A stretch of DNA of 64,000 nt. Origin: an uncultured delta proteobacterium. GTDB taxonomy: Bacteria > Desulfobacterota > Binatia > DP-6. The notes under the pieces are model-generated. The model had not been told where the DNA came from. It did not search any database and saw only the letters and a program-made list of their open reading frames with translations. The stretch's first letter is position 1. Each line of letters starts with the position of its first letter. The stretch lies in the NCBI GenBank assembly GCA_963815115.1, contig CAWFFN010000009.1, positions 1,248,001-1,312,000 of the forward strand. Reading direction: 5' to 3'. Below are positions 57,819 to 64,000 of the stretch, in pieces. The position numbers were made by a program, and so were the translations under genes.

Positions 57819-59540
57819 ATGCCCAATCCAGCCGATCGCCTCGCCCGCCTCGCCGCCGAACGCCGGCTCTTCGTGCCCGGGCCGCGCGGCCCGCTCGCGG
57901 TGTGCCTCGTCTATCCCAACACCTATGCCGTCGGCATGGGCAACCTGGGTTTCCAGGCCGTGCTCCGCATCCTGTCGGACGATCCACACGTCACCGTCGA
58001 CCGCGCTTTCCTGCCCGACGGGCCGCGCTCCGGGTGGCCGCGTACGCTGCGCGCGCTGGAGAGCGAGCGCGCGGTGGGCGACTTCGACGTCCTCGCCTTC
58101 TCGATCTCGTTCGAGACCGACTACCTGCACGTGCTCGACGTCCTCGCCCTCGCCGGCATGCCGCTGCGCCGGGAGGCGCGCGGACCGGGTGCACCGCTCG
58201 TGGTCGCGGGCGGTCCCGCGACGTTCCTCAATCCCGAGCCGCTGGCCGAGTTCGTCGATCTGTTCCTCGTCGGCGAAGCCGAGGAGATGCTGCCGGAGTT
58301 CCTCGCTCGAGCCGCCGCGGGGTCGCCGGGACGCGATGCGCTCCTCGAGCGCACCGAGGACGTCGTCGGCGCCTATCGGCCGGATCGCTTCCATCCCCGC
58401 TACGACGGCGATGGCACGCTCGCGGCGGTCGAGTACGATGGACCGTTCGAGCCCCGGGTCGTGCGGCGCTACCTGGCGCAGCTCGATCGTCGCGAGACCG
58501 CCTCGCAGATCCTGAGCCCCGACGCCGTCTTCGGGGACATGTTCCTGGTCGAGGGCAGCCGCGGCTGCGAGTGGGGCTGCCGCTTCTGCGCCGCCGGCTT
58601 CATGTACCGTCCGGTGCGCTATCGCAGCCCGGCCAGCCTGCGCCGGAGCGTCGCGCGCGGGCTGGGCGAGCGGCGCACCATCGGGCTGGTGGGCGCCGAG
58701 ATGGCGAGCCAGCCGGGCATCGCCGGGCTCTGCCAGGAGATCGCGGCGGCGGGCGGACGCGGCTCGCCCTCGTCCTTGAAGGCCGATCTCATCACCCCCG
58801 CGCTCGCGCAGGCGTTGGGGAGCGGGGGCAACCGCTCGGTCACCGTCGCACCCGAGGCCGGATCGGAGCGCCTGCGCCGGGTGATCAACAAGAACCTCAC
58901 CGAGGGCGACGTGCTGCGTGCCGCCGAGTGGCTGGTCGGCGGCGGTGTCGAGGCGCTCAAGCTCTACGTCATGGTGGGCCTCCCGACGGAGACCGAGGCC
59001 GACGTCGACGCCATCACCGAGCTGGTACGAGCGGTCCGCGGGCGCCTGATGGGGGGCGGGCGGCCGAAGGTCGGACGTATCCTGGTCTCGATCAACCCGT
59101 TCGTGCCGAAGCCGTGGACGCCGTTCCAGTGGGAGCCGATGGAAGACCTCGCGTCGCTCAAGCGAAAGCTCGTGCGCGTGCGCCGGCAGCTGAGCGCCGT
59201 CCCCGCCGTCCAGGTCGAGACCGAGAGCCCCCGCGAGGGATACCTGCAGACCCTGCTGTCGCGCGGAGACCGGCGCGTGGCCGAGCTGCTCGAGCGCATC
59301 CACCTGGACCCGAAGGGGTGGTGGCCCCTGATGCGCGCGCTGCGCGGCGGGCGCGAGGACCTCGTCGACCCCGACCGCTTCGTGCACCGCGCCTACGCCA
59401 CCGGCGAGCTGCTGCCGTGGGATTTCATCGACAACCTCGTCGAGAAGCGCTACCTCGCGGCGGAGCGGCGGAAGGCGTACGTCGAGCTCCAGACGCCGCC
59501 CTGCGACACCCACACCTGCCACACCTGCGGGGCGTGCTGA
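57819..59540 (+). CDS. B12-binding-domain radical SAM protein
   Basis: YPNTY.VGM.NLG, GCEWGCRFC (CxxxCxxC), APEAGSERLR, KLY.MVGLP.E, FVPKP.TPFQW, terminal CHTCGAC. Confidence 0.92.
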   Translation: MPNPADRLARLAAERRLFVPGPRGPLAVCLVYPNTYAVGMGNLGFQAVLRILSDDPHVTVDRAFLPDGPRSGWPRTLRALESERAVGDFDVLAFSISFETDYLHVLDVLALAGMPLRREARGPGAPLVVAGGPATFLNPEPLAEFVDLFLVGEAEEMLPEFLARAAAGSPGRDALLERTEDVVGAYRPDRFHPRYDGDGTLAAVEYDGPFEPRVVRRYLAQLDRRETASQILSPDAVFGDMFLVEGSRGCEWGCRFCAAGFMYRPVRYRSPASLRRSVARGLGERRTIGLVGAEMASQPGIAGLCQEIAAAGGRGSPSSLKADLITPALAQALGSGGNRSVTVAPEAGSERLRRVINKNLTEGDVLRAAEWLVGGGVEALKLYVMVGLPTETEADVDAITELVRAVRGRLMGGGRPKVGRILVSINPFVPKPWTPFQWEPMEDLASLKRKLVRVRRQLSAVPAVQVETESPREGYLQTLLSRGDRRVAELLERIHLDPKGWWPLMRALRGGREDLVDPDRFVHRAYATGELLPWDFIDNLVEKRYLAAERRKAYVELQTPPCDTHTCHTCGAC

Positions 59541-59556
59541 TGGCGGTCGCGACCCT

Positions 59557-60030
59557 GTGATCGCCGGCATCGGCGTCGACGTCTGCGAGGTGGAACGCAT
59601 CCGGCACGCGCTCGAAGCGGCGCATGGCGTGCGCTTCCGCAACCGTGTCTTCACGGACGCGGAGCAGGCCTACTGCGAGGGGCGCCGGCGAGGACGTTTC
59701 GAGAGCTACGCGGCGCGCTTCGCGGCCAAGGAAGCCGCGATGAAGGTGCTCGGCACGGGCTGGGGGCAGGGCGTCGGCTGGCGGGACATCGAGGTCGCGC
59801 GCGAGCGCGGCCGGCCGCCGACGCTGCGGCTCCACGGGCACGCGGCGGTCACCGCGCGCCGGCTCGGCATGTCGCGCTGGCTCGTCAGCCTGACGCACAG
59901 CAAGACCAGCGCGTTCGCCTGGGTGGTGGCGGAGCGCGGCAGGGTCAGCGGCTCGGGGCGGCCGCGGGCGGCTCGCCGCGACGCCGGGGCAGGAGAAGGA
60001 GCAGCACGACGGCCCAGAGGCCGCCGATGA
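59557..60030 (+). CDS. acpS: Holo-[acyl-carrier-protein] synthase
   Basis: GIGVD, FT..E, AARFAAKEA.MK.LGTG, SLTH; the C-terminal extension overlaps the opposite gene. Confidence 0.93.
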   Translation: MIAGIGVDVCEVERIRHALEAAHGVRFRNRVFTDAEQAYCEGRRRGRFESYAARFAAKEAAMKVLGTGWGQGVGWRDIEVARERGRPPTLRLHGHAAVTARRLGMSRWLVSLTHSKTSAFAWVVAERGRVSGSGRPRAARRDAGAGEGAARRPRGRR

Positions 60031-60205
60031 AGCCGAGCACCGTCCAGGCGGTCTTCGGATACCCGCTGTTGTGGGCGAAGAGCCGGCACATGATCGCGTC
60101 ACAGATGTGCATTCCGATCGCCGTGCCGACGAGCGTCGGCCAGGGCAGCGCCGGAGCGACGAAGGCCAGCCCGGACCAGTACGAGAGGAACGTCGCCAGC
60201 GTCAT
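59945..60205 (-). CDS. Small membrane protein
   Basis: Two hydrophobic segments with A...G.....W...G...G..A...L.L pattern. Confidence 0.6.
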   Translation of the reverse strand: MTLATFLSYWSGLAFVAPALPWPTLVGTAIGMHICDAIMCRLFAHNSGYPKTAWTVLGFIGGLWAVVLLLLLPRRRGEPPAAAPSR

Positions 60206-60248
60206 GCCGCTTTTCCCAGCTCCCGACCCCCTCTATACTCCGCCGCGC

Positions 60249-60574
60249 ATGCGCGCACCGGGGGCCTCCTCATTCTGAGCCGCGAGCATCTCGCCCGTCT
60301 CGCCGAGGACCTGCTCAGCCGTCCGCTCTTCGCGCAGGCGTTCGCCGGCGCGCTGAAGAGGGGCCTCGAGACCAAGGGAACGATCGATCGCAACGTGCAG
60401 ACCGTGCTGTCCCTGCTCAACCTGCCGTCGCGCGCCGACCTGAACCGGCTGCTCACCAAGCTCGAGATCATCCAGGGCAATCTCACCAACCTGAGCCTCA
60501 AGGTCGACCGGCTGGAGGCTGCGCAACGTCGGGCGACCAAGCGCCCGCGCAGGCCGCGCGGCGGCTCGGCCTAG
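60249..60574 (+). CDS. Phasin/PhaE-like small coiled-coil protein; start ambiguous (possible 1-nt indel)
   Basis: LNLPSRADL..L..KL..I...L..KVDRLE motif. The in-frame start is only CTG 60275 or ATT 60272; ATG 60249 is one base out of frame. Confidence 0.6.
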
Positions 60575-60587
60575 CACGCCCGCCTCG

Positions 60588-61718
60588 CTACGTCCCCAGG
60601 CCGCGGACGGCGACGGGCGCCGCGCCGGGCTCCGGCAGGAGGTAGGTCGCGAGCGACTCGAGGTCGGCCAGCGACCCGGGCGGCGTCGCGAGCAGGGGCA
60701 CCGTGGCGAGGAGCGGTGCGGCCGCCGTCCGCAGCAGCGGCGCGAGGGTGGCTTCCTGGCGTGCGGCGAGGGTCCGGAGATCCGCGACCGCGCGCGCGAG
60801 CCGCCCGGCGAGCGCGTCCGAGACGCCGGGAATCGGCGCCGTCTCCGCTGCCTCGGAGCCGTAGAGGTTTCGCGGGAGGACGCGGTTGACGAGCACCCCG
60901 TGCACGCGCAGGTGCACGGCGGCGAGCGCGCGCGCCAGCTCCTCGGTCTCGTCGGTGAGGCGCGGCTCGGGAGCCGTCACCAGGAGCAGCGAGGTCGCGT
61001 CGCTCTTGAGCAGCGTGTCGACCTCCTGCACGCGGATGCGCAACGCCCCGGTCAGGTCCTCGATGACGCGGACGAACTCACCGATCTCGCGCACCAGGCC
61101 GATGCCGGTGAAGCGCTCGAGGCCCCGCAGCACACCACCGAGGACGAGATGCGCGAGGCGCGAACCCGCGCCCGGCAGGATGCTGGTCGGATCCTTCAGG
61201 ATGGAGAAAGCGCGCGAGTCGAGCAGCCGCAGCAGGCGGCGTGGGGCGTCGAGAAAATCGACCGCGTGGCGCGCCGGCGGCGTGTCGACGACCAGGAGAT
61301 CGTAGTCGCCGGTCTCGGCGAGTCGGAGCACGGTCTCGACCGCCATGTACTCGGCGCTGCCGGCCAGGGTGCCCGAGAGGTTCTGGTACAGGCGATTGTC
61401 GAGGACGCGGCGCGCCTGCTCCGGTGTCGAGGCGAGGCCGACGACGAGCTCGTCGAAGGTCCGCTTCACGTCGAGCAGCATGGCGTCGAGCCGGGCGTGG
61501 CTTCCCGGCAGGGGAACGCGCCGCGGGCGGCCGTCGAGCTCGTCCAGGCCGAGCGCGTCGCGCAGGCGCCGGGCCGGGTCGACGGTCAGCACGGCCGTGC
61601 GCCGGCCCCGGCGGGCGGCGGCGACGGCGAGCGCCGAGGCCGTCGTGGTCTTGCCGACGCCCCCGCTGCCGACGCAGAGCACCAGCCGGCGGCCGTCGAG
61701 AATCTCGGAGAGGGTCAT
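60588..61718 (-). CDS. ArsA/GET3-family ATPase (subunit 2)
   Basis: GSGGVGKTT, TVDPARRL..ALG, EYMA.E, DL.VVDTPP, VNR. Confidence 0.9.
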   Translation of the reverse strand: MTLSEILDGRRLVLCVGSGGVGKTTTASALAVAAARRGRRTAVLTVDPARRLRDALGLDELDGRPRRVPLPGSHARLDAMLLDVKRTFDELVVGLASTPEQARRVLDNRLYQNLSGTLAGSAEYMAVETVLRLAETGDYDLLVVDTPPARHAVDFLDAPRRLLRLLDSRAFSILKDPTSILPGAGSRLAHLVLGGVLRGLERFTGIGLVREIGEFVRVIEDLTGALRIRVQEVDTLLKSDATSLLLVTAPEPRLTDETEELARALAAVHLRVHGVLVNRVLPRNLYGSEAAETAPIPGVSDALAGRLARAVADLRTLAARQEATLAPLLRTAAAPLLATVPLLATPPGSLADLESLATYLLPEPGAAPVAVRGLGT

Positions 61719-62650
61719 GCCGCGAGCCGGGCCGCCTGTGTCAGCTCGCGCGCGAGCGTCTCGATGCCGCCGTCGGCCTCCGGACCGGCGAAGAGGAACG
61801 GCAGCCGCACCGGCGCCGCCCCCAGTGCGCGCCGGAGCGCCTTCACCTGGGCGGCGGCTTCGCGCCGGCGCTCGAGCAGGAAGCGCGCGGCCGCGATCTG
61901 GGGATGATGCTCCGCGCTCGCCTCGAGGCGTGCGATCGCCGCCTCGTCCGCGCGCGTGAAGTGCCGCGCCGGCATCGCGTTGACGATGGCCGGCGCAACC
62001 GGCAACCCCAGCCGTCGCACCAGCTCGCGGTGAAGCTCGATGGTCTCGCGCACCGCCAGCTCCTCGGGTGTGGTCACCAGGCAGACGAGCGTCGTCGCCG
62101 GATCGGCGAGCCGGGCCCCCATGGTGCGTAACGTCTCTGCGACCGGCCCGAGATGCGCGAGGGCTCCGAGCGTCTTCGGCGCGGCGAGGAGCGGAAGCGA
62201 GTGGCCGGATGCCGGCGCGTCCACCACGATGACGTCGTACACACGCCGCCCGAGGCGGCGCGCGTCGAGCCACGCCGTGAGCTGCTGCAGCACGAGAAAC
62301 TCGGGCAGCCCCGGCGCGGCCGCGGCAAGCACCTGGAAGCTGGTGCTCTCGAGCAGGCGCCGGCTGAGCATGCGAAGCCGGAGTACGCGATGGACGAACG
62401 CCTCGAGGGCGGCCTCGGGCTCCACCGCGGCAGCGGAGAGTCCCGGCATCACCGTGCGCGGCTCCAGGCCCAGGCGTCCGGCGCCGAGGAGGGAGCCCAG
62501 CCGCCCGGCGCCGACCTCGACGGCGAGGACCCGCCGGTGCGCCGCGACGCTCGCTCTCGCCAGGGCGGCCGCGACGGCGCTTTTTCCCACTCCGCCCTTG
62601 CCGGTCACCACGACCAGCCGCTGCGAGCCGAGAGGCAGACGCGCGGGCAC
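61715..62650 (-). CDS. ArsA/GET3-family ATPase (subunit 1)
   Basis: TGKGGVGKS, APGL.E, DAPASGH, LVT.PEE..V.ET.E, VN. Confidence 0.9.
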   Translation of the reverse strand: MPARLPLGSQRLVVVTGKGGVGKSAVAAALARASVAAHRRVLAVEVGAGRLGSLLGAGRLGLEPRTVMPGLSAAAVEPEAALEAFVHRVLRLRMLSRRLLESTSFQVLAAAAPGLPEFLVLQQLTAWLDARRLGRRVYDVIVVDAPASGHSLPLLAAPKTLGALAHLGPVAETLRTMGARLADPATTLVCLVTTPEELAVRETIELHRELVRRLGLPVAPAIVNAMPARHFTRADEAAIARLEASAEHHPQIAAARFLLERRREAAAQVKALRRALGAAPVRLPFLFAGPEADGGIETLARELTQAARLAA

Positions 62651-62768
62651 GGCGCCTCATAGCCGCGGGGCGCGCGGAGTGTCAATTTCGGCGCATCGCT
62701 TGCAGCGGCGGATTCGGGGCGGTACGCATGCCGGACTCGCGAAGCGCAACACGGAGGATGCGATCTGC

Positions 62769-63660
<892 letters not shown>

Positions 63661-63673
63661 ACGGGAGCCCCGC

Positions 63674-64000
63674 GTGTTCCTCGATCTCTTCACCGGGCTG
63701 CGCGACGAGGGCGTACCGGTCGCCATCCAGGAATGGCAGGCCTTCCTCTCCGCGCTCGAGCAGGGGCTGCACGGCTCGAGCCTGCTGCGCTTCTACCATC
63801 TCGGCCGCGCCTGCCTGGTGAAGAGCGAGACCTACTTCGACGCCTACGACAAGGTGTTCGCGCGCGTGATGAAGGGCGTCGAGGGTGCCCTGGGCGACGA
63901 CGTGACCGAGAAGCTGCTCGACTGGCTCCGCGATCCGAAGAACTTTCCCGAGCTCACCCCCGAGCAGCTCGCCGCGCTCGAGCGGCTGTCGAGCGACGAG
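63674..64000 (+). CDS. 3'-partial VWA-domain (CoxE-like) partner of MoxR
   Basis: GGAG RBS plus GTG; FLDLF..LR..GVPV...EW..F..AL, FY.L.RACLVKSE..FD.YD.VF; open to the window end. Confidence 0.8.
   Translation, partial: MFLDLFTGLRDEGVPVAIQEWQAFLSALEQGLHGSSLLRFYHLGRACLVKSETYFDAYDKVFARVMKGVEGALGDDVTEKLLDWLRDPKNFPELTPEQLAALERLSSDE

Noticed and set aside
59945-60030. 86-bp convergent overlap of acpS with a small membrane gene as antisense regulation
   Set aside because: A low-complexity run-on tail is common in GC-rich genomes; no other support.
60588-62650. Arsenic resistance operon
   Set aside because: No arsB/acr3/arsC/arsR, and I see no metalloid-binding Cys set typical of true ArsA.

Overview
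Very GC-rich bacterial chromosomal DNA. The gene content and many Cys-rich, Thr-linker secreted proteins suggest a Binatia/deltaproteobacterial-type soil organism (inference). There are three zones. (1) 1-22.3 kb is an accessory copper/redox and secreted-protein region: a partial barrel-like gene, copC, copD, a Tat-exported Csp copper-storage protein, an Lgt-like gene, a membrane spermidine-synthase-like gene with a RegA-type box, and RegB/RegA. These are followed by about ten mostly uncharacterised secreted proteins: a degenerate PHM-like Cu monooxygenase, His1 proteins, CHRD, a CX4CH cytochrome, and a TetR-linked beta-propeller/di-heme peroxidase-like protein. Several share an apparent C-terminal beta domain. 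tRNA-Phe lies near the end of this zone. (2) 22.4-52.8 kb holds a few metabolic genes and gene remnants, then housekeeping genes: gshB, rsmE, prmA, rpsU-cvpA-dnaG-rpoD, tRNA-Ile2, rnpB and an mraZ-ftsZ dcw cluster lacking ddl. (3) 52.9-64 kb holds ALDH, GT2, SDR, a lysyl-oxidase-family gene, a radical SAM gene, acpS, a paired ArsA/GET3-type ATPase locus beside a phasin-like ORF, and a frameshifted MoxR followed by a partial VWA gene. The best candidate for an undescribed system is the copper-linked cluster of secreted metalloproteins. All calls come from reading motifs by eye; no searches were run.
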